From: Kiritimatiellia bacterium
GTDB taxonomy: Bacteria > Verrucomicrobiota > Kiritimatiellia > UBA8416 > JADHWI01
Length of the DNA stretch: 64,000 bases
Reading direction: 5' to 3'
Assembly: GCA_030744755.1 (NCBI GenBank)
Contig: JASLPY010000002.1
Span: 67,006-131,005, forward strand
The position numbers and the translations under genes were made by a program. Below are positions 47,637-56,471 of the stretch, in pieces. The notes under the pieces were generated by a model, which worked only from the letters and a program-made list of their open reading frames with translations, was not told where the DNA came from and did not search any database. The first letter of the stretch is position 1, and every line of letters starts with the position of its first letter.

Positions 47637-48752
47637 GTGAACGTACCCCTCTTGGATCTCAAGGCCCAATACCAGTCCATCAAGACGGAGATCGATCCTG
47701 TGGTAGCCGAGATAATGGAGTCCCAGTACTTTATTCTTGGTCCAAAAGTCAAGGAATGTGAAGAAGCGGTTGCCGCCTACTCGAACTGTAGCCATGCCAT
47801 CGGCGTCTCTTCGGGAACGGATGCCCTCCTCATTGCTCTTATGGCCGAAGGGATTGGCGCTGGAGACGAGGTCATCACTACGCCGTACACGTTTTTCGCC
47901 ACTGTCGGCTCAATCGTCCGCACCGGGGCAACTCCCGTGTTCGTGGATATCGATCCGGTCTCGTTTAACATAGACCCGTTGGCAATAGAGGAGAAGGTCA
48001 CGGACATGACCAAGGCGATCATTCCCGTTCACCTATACGGGCAGATGGCGGACATGGATCCGATCATAGAGATTGCCCGCAAGAATGGCATTGCGGTCAT
48101 TGAAGACGGCGCGCAGGCTATAGGCGCCGAGCGGAACGGGCAAAGAGCAGGATCTGTAGGAGACTACGGATGCTTCTCGTTCTTTCCGTCGAAGAACCTT
48201 GGCGCGTTTGGCGATGGCGGCATGGTTGTTACGAACGATCCGGAGAGAGCAGAAAGGCTCGAGATTCTGAGAGCTCACGGTTCCAGGCCCAAGTATTACC
48301 ATACGGTGATCGGCGGGAATTTCAGGCTGGATGCCTTGCAGGCGGCAGTAGTCACCGTGAAGCTATCCCACCTTGATTCGTGGACTGCAGGGCGCCAGTC
48401 GAATGCGCAGAGATACGACCGTCTCCTGGGCGAGACGGGCCTGGTGGAGAAAGGACTTGTTTCCCTGCCTACGGTGATAGCCAACAGACATATCTTCAAT
48501 CAATACGTGATACGGGTGGACAGAAGAGATGAGCTCAGGGATTACCTGAAAGAGAACTCGATCGGGTGCGAAATCTACTACCCGGTTCCGCTACACATTC
48601 AGGAATGTTTCAGCTACCTTGGGCTATCGAAGGGCGATATGCCCGAAAGCGAGAAGGCTGCCGACACAACCCTGGCACTGCCCGTGTACCCGGAACTGTC
48701 CGACGAGCAGGCGAAGTACGTGGTAGACACGATAGCATCTTTCATGTCTTGA
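47637..48752 (+). CDS. DegT/DnrJ/EryC1/StrS-family PLP-dependent sugar aminotransferase (WbpE-like)
   Basis: GTG start with ribosome-binding site gaaagga. [12 protein letters not shown] lysine motif [19 protein letters not shown]. Confidence 0.9.
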   Translation: MNVPLLDLKAQYQSIKTEIDPVVAEIMESQYFILGPKVKECEEAVAAYSNCSHAIGVSSGTDALLIALMAEGIGAGDEVITTPYTFFATVGSIVRTGATPVFVDIDPVSFNIDPLAIEEKVTDMTKAIIPVHLYGQMADMDPIIEIARKNGIAVIEDGAQAIGAERNGQRAGSVGDYGCFSFFPSKNLGAFGDGGMVVTNDPERAERLEILRAHGSRPKYYHTVIGGNFRLDALQAAVVTVKLSHLDSWTAGRQSNAQRYDRLLGETGLVEKGLVSLPTVIANRHIFNQYVIRVDRRDELRDYLKENSIGCEIYYPVPLHIQECFSYLGLSKGDMPESEKAADTTLALPVYPELSDEQAKYVVDTIASFMS

Positions 48753-48762
48753 GGGCTGAGTC

Positions 48763-50868
48763 TCAGCGGCCCTGCCAGGTATAGAGCCGAAATACGCGGG
48801 TCTTGTGCTTGATCTTGAAGTCAGACATTCGCTTGTGATGGATTATCTCGTCTACGTTGATCGTTCCACTGGTCCAATCGAGCTCGACCTTTCCAGGATC
48901 CATGGGATAGACAGTCAGTCCACGTTCCGTTGAGGTGAGGAAACGTATCTTTGCGCCCTCGTTTCTCAGGCGTTCAAGGGCGGCAAGGCCAGCAGACATT
49001 GTCTGTCCTCCGTCTCTTGCATAAAAAGTGCGGGCGTTAAGGATTCTTACGCCGTGAAGAAAACGAAGCGGAGTTCCCCACCACGGGTGATCCACGACAA
49101 CGATGTCCTCCGGATCAATCTGTTCGGCGACTTCCGCCAGGGCTGCCGACAGGCCATCGTACTCGGTCCGATTCCAGGCATGCCAGCTACTCTTTGCCGA
49201 AGATAGAAGCACGGCCATGAGAATGATCACGGCAAGGCCCTTACCCCATGGAATTCGCCCGGCGGTTCGCGGCCAAAGCCAGTGACACAGGTAAGCAAGG
49301 AGTATGGAAAGACAAGGGACTGTGAACTGAAGATAGCGCCGCGTTGCCCAGGGGTAAATCATGGCCATGAAACTCTGGATAAGTACAACGGCAGTGACTG
49401 CCGCCAGCCAGCATATGACAATTCTAAGCAGATGAGTTTCTTCCCCCTGTTTAGAGTAGAGCACCAGGGCTCCAAGAGCGGCGGCAATCATATATCCCCA
49501 ACCGAGGTAGGGAAGTATTCTGCGCAGGCTTGTGGCAGTACCGGCCATACAATCAACGCCGGCGGAGAACCATATTGCAGGGAGAGCAATAATGGCCAGG
49601 GAACAGGCTGCCGGCGAAAGCCATGATGGAGTCTTCTCCATGAATCTCCGCACCAGGGGCCGGCAAGCTATTTCATCTAAAACAACCGCCGCAATGGCAA
49701 AACCTGCCCCTGCCTTGACGAGCGTCGGAACCACACGCTGGAGTTGCTCGGTAGTAACCGATGTCACGAAGATATCAAAACATCCGCCGAGAATAAGCGC
49801 CATTACGAGCGTGGACCGTTCGAACCTCACCCGCCATCTGTCCTTACGTGTTCTGTCCTGCCAGGCGATGCATGGAAGCAACATGGCGCCAAATGGCATG
49901 AAGCTGATGCGGTTTAATTCGGCGGCCATTACGGTCGCGGCCAGGAGTACGGGTGCAGCGTAGCCGGTGGTGCGGATAGAAAGAAGCAAGGCAATGCAGC
50001 ATACAAGCAGCAACTGCAGCATCTCGGAAACCGGAATGTGCAGGTGATAAAGCCACAGCGGATGTGCCGCCAGGCATATTGCTGCGGCAACAGCGCAGAA
50101 TGGATCTCTGATCTCCCCCAGGAGAAACGCCGCAAGCATTGCGCACGCAAAGAAACCAAGAATGAAGTTAACCCGCGTTGCGGCACGAAGTCCCCCGCAT
50201 CTTGCAACTATGCTTATTGCTGTCGGGCTCAGGCGATAGAAGTAATTACGAACGGCCCGGGTTTCCCGGTCCAGCGGGATTCCCGGGAAACACTCACGGT
50301 AATCGCCGGCGCCCTTGCCTCCCCTGCGGGTGAAGACGATGAATTCTTCATCCGTGAGATTCTCGTAGGCATTCTCGGGCTCGGGATAGAACGTTCCTGT
50401 CTGTGCAACCCATGCGCCCTGGTTCAGGTAAACGCCCGGGTCCCACCCTCCGACAATCCATTCACCAGATTTCGGCAGCCACATGATAGCGGTCATTGCG
50501 AGTGCGAAGATGACGGTGCCTGGGAGCGAAAGAACGATGCCATTGAACAAGAGTTTACGCTCCCTGGCGAGCCCGGTCAGAATCCCAGAAGCCACGAGGA
50601 TCAGAGAGACGGTAATCTCGGTTCCGAGTGTGCAGACCCCTGCTTCGCATAACGCGAGTGAAACGAGTAGAGAACTGACAAGACCGATAAGAAATGCCTG
50701 GGCAGAACGAACAAGGCTGCGAACCCAACACAGCCCGGCACAGCGTTCCGGGAACGGCAGAATCCAGACCCAGGCCGCGCCGACCAGAACGAACCTGAGA
50801 CACAAAACGGCCGTGCAAGTTATCCACGGGTTGGCTGCAACTGTATGAATCGAAGGCGGCGCCAGCAT
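48763..50868 (-). CDS. Polytopic membrane protein (GT-C-like), divergent partner of the polyprenyl-phosphate GT
   Basis: 701 aa. At least 12 transmembrane helices with one large periplasmic loop (..GWDPGVYLNQGAWVAQTGTFYPEPENAYENL..). Confidence 0.55.
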   Translation of the reverse strand: MLAPPSIHTVAANPWITCTAVLCLRFVLVGAAWVWILPFPERCAGLCWVRSLVRSAQAFLIGLVSSLLVSLALCEAGVCTLGTEITVSLILVASGILTGLARERKLLFNGIVLSLPGTVIFALAMTAIMWLPKSGEWIVGGWDPGVYLNQGAWVAQTGTFYPEPENAYENLTDEEFIVFTRRGGKGAGDYRECFPGIPLDRETRAVRNYFYRLSPTAISIVARCGGLRAATRVNFILGFFACAMLAAFLLGEIRDPFCAVAAAICLAAHPLWLYHLHIPVSEMLQLLLVCCIALLLSIRTTGYAAPVLLAATVMAAELNRISFMPFGAMLLPCIAWQDRTRKDRWRVRFERSTLVMALILGGCFDIFVTSVTTEQLQRVVPTLVKAGAGFAIAAVVLDEIACRPLVRRFMEKTPSWLSPAACSLAIIALPAIWFSAGVDCMAGTATSLRRILPYLGWGYMIAAALGALVLYSKQGEETHLLRIVICWLAAVTAVVLIQSFMAMIYPWATRRYLQFTVPCLSILLAYLCHWLWPRTAGRIPWGKGLAVIILMAVLLSSAKSSWHAWNRTEYDGLSAALAEVAEQIDPEDIVVVDHPWWGTPLRFLHGVRILNARTFYARDGGQTMSAGLAALERLRNEGAKIRFLTSTERGLTVYPMDPGKVELDWTSGTINVDEIIHHKRMSDFKIKHKTRVFRLYTWQGR

Positions 50869-50988
50869 GTGCCGATACTAGCCGACTCCAAACAGGGCCT
50901 CAAGCAGTTTCGGACTCGTGCCTAATGTACTCGACACACTTAGTGCAATCCGTTACGTTCCGGTGGTTCTGGCGATCAAGGAGTGAGC

Positions 50989-51942
50989 ATGGAAGACATG
51001 CAGAATAAGTCTGAAACAACAGTGATAATGCCGGTTTTTAATGAGGCTGGAGCTGTCGCGGACGTCTTGCGAGAGCTTACCGCATCATCAAGAGATATCG
51101 GGTTTCAAGTGATTGTTGTGGATGACGGTTCTACCGATGGATCGGCGGCGGTCGTTGACGGCTTTAAGGATCAGGTTCAGGTGATTCACCACACGTCCAA
51201 CCATGGATACGGTGCCGCCCTGAAAACAGGGATTCTTGCCACGCGTGCCCAGAACGTCGTCTTCTTCGACAGCGATGGCCAGCACAAGACTGAGAATATG
51301 GCCGAACTTATTGGGCTCCTTGCTGAGCACGAATTCGTTTTCGGAGAACGGCCGAAAGGTGGTGGGTCGCCGTTGATCAGACAACCCGGTAAATGGGTAC
51401 TTGGCAAGGTCTGCAATTTTCTTGCCCTGCGCAAGATTCCCGACATCAACTGCGGTTTCCGGGGAGGAAGGCGACGGATCTACATGCGGATGCTGGACCT
51501 GTTGCCTGACGGGTTCTCTTTCTCGACAACTTCCCTGTTGTTCGCTCTGCGCAGCCGCTACTCCACGGTGTTTATGCCAGTGCGGGCGGACGCGCGTCAG
51601 GGCAAGAGCTCGGTCCGGATATTCTACGATGGGTTCAAAACGCTGCTTCTGGCCCTGAGGCTGATGATGCTTTTTGATCCCATGCGCGCCTTTGGATACC
51701 CGGCGATGGGGCTGATCCTTGTGGGGGTGATCTACCAGATTTTCATATTCTCTACCGCGGGGCTTCATATTGAGGGCGGCGCGATTCTCTCACTGCTTGC
51801 CGGCGTGATTCTGTTCCATTTCGGCTTACTTGGCGACCAGGTGGCATCTTTGCGAAAGGAGATGAGCTCGCAGACAAGCCTTTTCTGGGAGGAACACGAA
51901 TTCTTGGAACGCCGGCAAAGCCAACTCGAAAATCAACAGTAA
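50989..51942 (+). CDS. GT2 polyprenyl-phosphate glycosyltransferase (ArnC/GtrB/DPM1-like) with C-terminal transmembrane helices
   Basis: Ribosome-binding site aaggag. VIMPVFNEAGAV..VIVVDDGSTDGS..FFDSDGQH, plus two C-terminal transmembrane helices. Confidence 0.8.
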   Translation: MEDMQNKSETTVIMPVFNEAGAVADVLRELTASSRDIGFQVIVVDDGSTDGSAAVVDGFKDQVQVIHHTSNHGYGAALKTGILATRAQNVVFFDSDGQHKTENMAELIGLLAEHEFVFGERPKGGGSPLIRQPGKWVLGKVCNFLALRKIPDINCGFRGGRRRIYMRMLDLLPDGFSFSTTSLLFALRSRYSTVFMPVRADARQGKSSVRIFYDGFKTLLLALRLMMLFDPMRAFGYPAMGLILVGVIYQIFIFSTAGLHIEGGAILSLLAGVILFHFGLLGDQVASLRKEMSSQTSLFWEEHEFLERRQSQLENQQ

Positions 51943-51953
51943 CACTCGCAACG

Positions 51954-53171
51954 ATGAAAAACCATAGCCGCGTATCCTCGCTCCTTATAATCTGTCACGG
52001 CTATCCCCCTTACTACGGGGGCGGGGAAGGGGTCGCGGCCGGGATTGCATCGGAAGTCGCACGCTCATCAAGCTACAACGTCACCGTGCTCACATCCGAT
52101 ATTGGAGGGCGACTCAAGGAACGTGAGATTCTACAGGGCGTTTCCGTGATCCGGATTCCGGCGATGAAGAGGGAATGGTCTCGTCACACCGTGGTGGAGC
52201 TCCTGTCTTTCTATGTCTCTGCCGTCCGCCGTCTTCGCTCGATACATGAAGAGATACGACCGGATCATGTACTAGCCATTTTCTCCATGCCGGCAGGGCT
52301 TGTTGCCTTGAAGTGGTTCCGGATGTTCGGCGTTCCTTATTCTGTTGGACTCCACGGCTCGGATGTGCCGGGCTATCAGCCCCGCAGGTTTCGTCTGCTG
52401 CATCCGGCAATGCGCCTCGCCGTGCGGCGAGTATGGTCAAATGCGGAGAACGTTTTCGCCGTGAGCTCAAAACTTAAGGAGCTCGCATTGAAAACATGGC
52501 CGAAAGGGAGAATTGAGGTCATCCCAAACGGTGTGGATACTCGTCGCTTCCATCCTGGTAATCCCGAGGACAGTTGTAAAGGAAGACTCCGCATGGTGCT
52601 CGTATCGCAGCTGATAGAAAGGAAAGGCATTCAGTATCTCCTTGAAGCACTGGCCGAAATGGACCCCTCCCTGGGCGAGAAACTTGAAGTCGATATATAT
52701 GGCACTGGTGATTACCGTAGAACCCTTGAAGAGCAGGTGCGTGACCTCCGGCTGGGTGACCGTGTATCATTAAACGGTCTGCTGGAAACGGAAGAGCTTG
52801 CGAAGACGCTCCATGACGCCGATATGTTTGCTCTGCCTTCCCTGCAGGAAGGTCTCCCACTGGCATTACTGGAGGCCATGGCATGCGGGTTGCCCATTGT
52901 GGCGACGGCCGTGGGTGATGTTCCGAGCGTGATGCGTGACAATATCAACGGACGCCTGGTGGCACCTGCCGATAGCCAGGCTCTTTGCCGTGCCGTTTCG
53001 GCAATGGTGGCGGACTCTGAACTGCGCAGTCAACTGGGCAAACAGGCCAGGCTTACCGCGGAAGATTACTCATGGGACAGAATATGGGCTCGCTATGATA
53101 CTTCGCTGTCCCGAGGGACCGACACGAACGAGGGTGCCTGTTCTGCAGCGAAAGAGAGCGAGGTAAACTAA
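51954..53171 (+). CDS. Family 4 glycosyltransferase
   Basis: GT4 pattern including ..LPSLQEGLPLALLEAMACGLPIVAT.. Confidence 0.85.
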   Translation: MKNHSRVSSLLIICHGYPPYYGGGEGVAAGIASEVARSSSYNVTVLTSDIGGRLKEREILQGVSVIRIPAMKREWSRHTVVELLSFYVSAVRRLRSIHEEIRPDHVLAIFSMPAGLVALKWFRMFGVPYSVGLHGSDVPGYQPRRFRLLHPAMRLAVRRVWSNAENVFAVSSKLKELALKTWPKGRIEVIPNGVDTRRFHPGNPEDSCKGRLRMVLVSQLIERKGIQYLLEALAEMDPSLGEKLEVDIYGTGDYRRTLEEQVRDLRLGDRVSLNGLLETEELAKTLHDADMFALPSLQEGLPLALLEAMACGLPIVATAVGDVPSVMRDNINGRLVAPADSQALCRAVSAMVADSELRSQLGKQARLTAEDYSWDRIWARYDTSLSRGTDTNEGACSAAKESEVN

Positions 53172-53174
53172 CAC

Positions 53175-55316
53175 ATGGCACTACAACCCATAAACCGCGA
53201 ACAGGGGGACCAGCTTTCCGAGGTCTATCTGGGTGAGCGCAGCGACAGCGAAACGCAGCGAGTCACTCGAGAACGCGTGGAATGGATGTGCCGGGAGGCT
53301 GAAGGCCCACGCGTGATGGACGTAGGGTGCAGTCAAGGAATGACATCTACACTTGTAGCCAGGCAGGGATTGTTCTGTGTGGGGGTGGACGTTTCTCGTG
53401 ACGGTTTAGCCTATGCTGAGAACCTGAAGCGCAAGGGAAGTCCTGAGGTTAAAGAACGCCTGAGTTTCGTGTCTGCCAGTTGTTTCGAGTTGCCTTTCAA
53501 CGGTGATTACTTCGACAGTTGCCTTCTGGGTGAGGTCTTGGAACACTTAGAATGCCCCCGGGAATGCCTGGCGGAAACAGCCAGGGTGCTGAAGCCGGGC
53601 GGCAAAGCCGTAATCACCGTCCCATTTGGTCAGTTGCCGCACCCTGATCACAAAAGGGTTTACCATTTCACTTCTTTCCTCGCCGAGGTCGAAGCATTTT
53701 TTGACCCGGTTTCGATGGATCTGGTTGACAAACGAATACGTTTCGTCGGAAGACTCAGATCATCGGCGCCAGACGCAAAGCATGACAGTGTCGACAAGGG
53801 CCGTTTGCTTGAGAAGGCCGAACTGTTCATTGATGCACTGGAGGAATCGAAGGAAAACGAACAATTACGATTGAATATGGCTTTTGATCAACGAAAGAAG
53901 GCCCTTGAACAGCGCGATAGAAGCCTCGAGCACCTTCAGAGATTGGAAAATGGCGAAGGAGTTTCCAGACTCATTCGGGAAGTAGCACGCAAGCGAATGA
54001 GCTGGGTTGTGAGGGATTTGAGGAAGAATGGGTTCGGTTGGACCCTGATGAGGTGCTTTCGGAAGACCCTCAGGTTGATGATCAAACTGATGTCTAATTG
54101 CTTCAGCGTTTTGAAGAAGATACTGGATCTTCTCAGGGAAGAGAGGGTATGCAAGAAAGCAAGAGCCATATTTACAAAACGTCTTGCAGGTTTCGTGGAG
54201 AAAGCAAACAGCCACGATTCCAAACGTGTTGTCGTGATATTCTCCGGGACGAAGGAGATTAGGGAGATCTATGGAAACCGTCCCATGCGACAAACCAGGA
54301 TTCTTCTCGACGGAAGTACTCCCGTATTATTCTCCTACTATCGCTGGAACAAGACTGACCGTCTGGCAGAGAGTAATCGTCCGCTGCTTCTGCAATCTCC
54401 CATCGACTTCACAATGGAGTTCTTCTCCCAGATAATGCAGGCAGATTTCCCCGGCAAAGAGAAGATATTCATCGTGTCGTTCCCTCATCCTTTCATCGTT
54501 CGCAGGCTGAATGAACTGCACACGTGGGGCTGGCGAACCATCTATGATGTTCGTGATAACTGGGGGGAATTTGCGGTAGTGGGTGCAGCTCGCTGGTATG
54601 ACCAGGATGTAGAGCGGTATGTTGTCAACAACGTAGAGGCATGTTGCTGCGTCGCAGCTCCCCTTAGAGACAAGATCCAGGGTTTCACTACCAACAAGAC
54701 GGTGCACCTCAACCCGAACGCCTTCGATGTTCTGTTTCTGAAACCAGAGAACCGTGGACGGGTGGCCCCCAGGAGCGGACCGAAGATTGTCGGTTACTTC
54801 GGCCATCTTACACCTGCCTGGTTCGACTGGAAGAGGCTCAATGCAGTTGCTCGATTGTTACCGGAATGGACGTTCGAGGTAGTAGGACGGGATGCAGAAG
54901 GACATGGGGACCTGGAACGTAATATCTGTCTATCCGGACCGAAGTCTCATGCGGAACTGAACGAGATAACACAGCGTTGGCGGGTAGCCATGATCCCGTT
55001 CAAGATGGGCCCATTGGCTGATGGTGTGGATCCGATCAAGATCTACGAATACCTCGCAATGGGTTTGCCCACAGTCTCTTTCCGCATGCCCCAGATACAT
55101 GAGTACCCATATGTGTTTCCTGTGTATTCTGTCGAGGAATTCGCCGAAAAGATTGTCGAAGCATCTGAAGTGTCCATCGACAGAGAAGCTATTGACATGT
55201 TTCTCTCGGCCAATACCTGGGAAATCAGGGTCGACGAAATGTTAAGTCTTTTGATGGATCCTGAATTGACGCCTTGTGATCTGCAACTGCTCAATCCCGG
55301 CGGAGGCAATTCATGA
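53175..55316 (+). CDS. Fusion: class I SAM-dependent methyltransferase, coiled-coil linker, then a GT-B-like glycosyltransferase domain
   Basis: N-terminal VMDVGCSQGMTS...LKPGGKAVITVP. Central K/E/R-rich coiled-coil. C-terminal ..DPIKIYEYLAMGLPTVS.. resembles the GT4 donor-binding helix. Confidence 0.65.
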   Translation: MALQPINREQGDQLSEVYLGERSDSETQRVTRERVEWMCREAEGPRVMDVGCSQGMTSTLVARQGLFCVGVDVSRDGLAYAENLKRKGSPEVKERLSFVSASCFELPFNGDYFDSCLLGEVLEHLECPRECLAETARVLKPGGKAVITVPFGQLPHPDHKRVYHFTSFLAEVEAFFDPVSMDLVDKRIRFVGRLRSSAPDAKHDSVDKGRLLEKAELFIDALEESKENEQLRLNMAFDQRKKALEQRDRSLEHLQRLENGEGVSRLIREVARKRMSWVVRDLRKNGFGWTLMRCFRKTLRLMIKLMSNCFSVLKKILDLLREERVCKKARAIFTKRLAGFVEKANSHDSKRVVVIFSGTKEIREIYGNRPMRQTRILLDGSTPVLFSYYRWNKTDRLAESNRPLLLQSPIDFTMEFFSQIMQADFPGKEKIFIVSFPHPFIVRRLNELHTWGWRTIYDVRDNWGEFAVVGAARWYDQDVERYVVNNVEACCCVAAPLRDKIQGFTTNKTVHLNPNAFDVLFLKPENRGRVAPRSGPKIVGYFGHLTPAWFDWKRLNAVARLLPEWTFEVVGRDAEGHGDLERNICLSGPKSHAELNEITQRWRVAMIPFKMGPLADGVDPIKIYEYLAMGLPTVSFRMPQIHEYPYVFPVYSVEEFAEKIVEASEVSIDREAIDMFLSANTWEIRVDEMLSLLMDPELTPCDLQLLNPGGGNS

Positions 55317-56374
55317 CGAAGATACTGTTTCTTTATCAGTATGCAGTACTCGGAGGTTGCACTACACAACTTCGTAACCGAATGGCTCTCACGGGTCTTG
55401 GCATTGAACCGCACTTCGTGTTTGCCCGGGAACATGGTGGCACTAAAGCGTTTGGCGACTACCCTCATGTGAAGAGTGAAATCACAGACGACCAACTCAA
55501 GGCACTGATTCTGCAAAACGGTTTCGAGGTAGTGTCGGTTCTGGATGCCCCTGGATATCTCCGGTTGTTGGCCGAAATGAACTTCAAAGGCAAGATAGTC
55601 TGTGAAGTTCATACGACCTATCCGAAAGCACTCGAGTACCTTGCCGATGACAACCTGATGTCCGCGGTCGACATGTTCATAACCCCCTCCCAGTACCAGA
55701 TGAACATGATAAAGGAGCGCTCGCAGGCGGCGCTCTCCGTGCCTGTACAGGTAGTGCCGGATTGCATTGATGCGGATCTGTTCCGGCCCGTAGATATATT
55801 TCCGGAATCACCCCATCCCATCGTTCTGTGGGTGGGTAAGCTTGACGATCACAAGAACTGGCGGGGATTCCTTTCTATGGCTCGGGGAATCGCAGCCGAG
55901 CGTCCGGATACCGAGTTCTGGATGGTAGGCGGCGAAGCCGCAGGGGATGATGTAGTGAGCAAGTTACTGTCCGAGATGACAGACAAGGATCTTGCCTCAT
56001 CTCTTCGATGGATCGGCCGGGTTGAGCATGACAGGATGCCGCCATTGTACAGTCTGGTGGCGCGACGCCAGGGGTGCATGCTGGTTACATCACACGGGGA
56101 ATCTTTTTGTACGGCTGCCGTGGAAGCCATGTTTTGCGGTTGTCCCGTAGTAGCCCCCCGGCACACCGCCTTGCCGGAGATCGTCTGTCACGAGACCCAT
56201 GGCCTGCTGTACGCACCAGGTGATGAACGGGACGCAGTTGACCAGACCATTCGCCTGCTTTCGGATAAGCAGCTGTGGGCGAGTATTGCGGCACGAGACG
56301 CAAACGAACTTCCTGGCAGATTCGGCACAACCGAAGTGTTGCGTAAGCTAAGAGATGTCTTTGAGAAGATATAG
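55313..56374 (+). CDS. Family 4 glycosyltransferase
   Basis: ATGA overlap with the upstream gene. GT-B C-terminal motifs (..TSHGESFCTAAVEAMFCGCPVVA..). Confidence 0.8.
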   Translation: MTKILFLYQYAVLGGCTTQLRNRMALTGLGIEPHFVFAREHGGTKAFGDYPHVKSEITDDQLKALILQNGFEVVSVLDAPGYLRLLAEMNFKGKIVCEVHTTYPKALEYLADDNLMSAVDMFITPSQYQMNMIKERSQAALSVPVQVVPDCIDADLFRPVDIFPESPHPIVLWVGKLDDHKNWRGFLSMARGIAAERPDTEFWMVGGEAAGDDVVSKLLSEMTDKDLASSLRWIGRVEHDRMPPLYSLVARRQGCMLVTSHGESFCTAAVEAMFCGCPVVAPRHTALPEIVCHETHGLLYAPGDERDAVDQTIRLLSDKQLWASIAARDANELPGRFGTTEVLRKLRDVFEKI

Positions 56375-56471
56375 GAATACCCCTGTGGCCCACGACGCAA
56401 TTGAACTTCATATTGCCCTCAAGTGCCGGGTAACCAACCAGTGCCCTACGTCGAAAGGGAAGCGGCTGAAG

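Noticed and set aside
48753-48775. Mini-palindrome ctgag-t-ctcag between the convergent DegT and membrane-protein genes
   Set aside because: A 5-bp stem with a 1-nt loop is too short for a terminator or an operator call.
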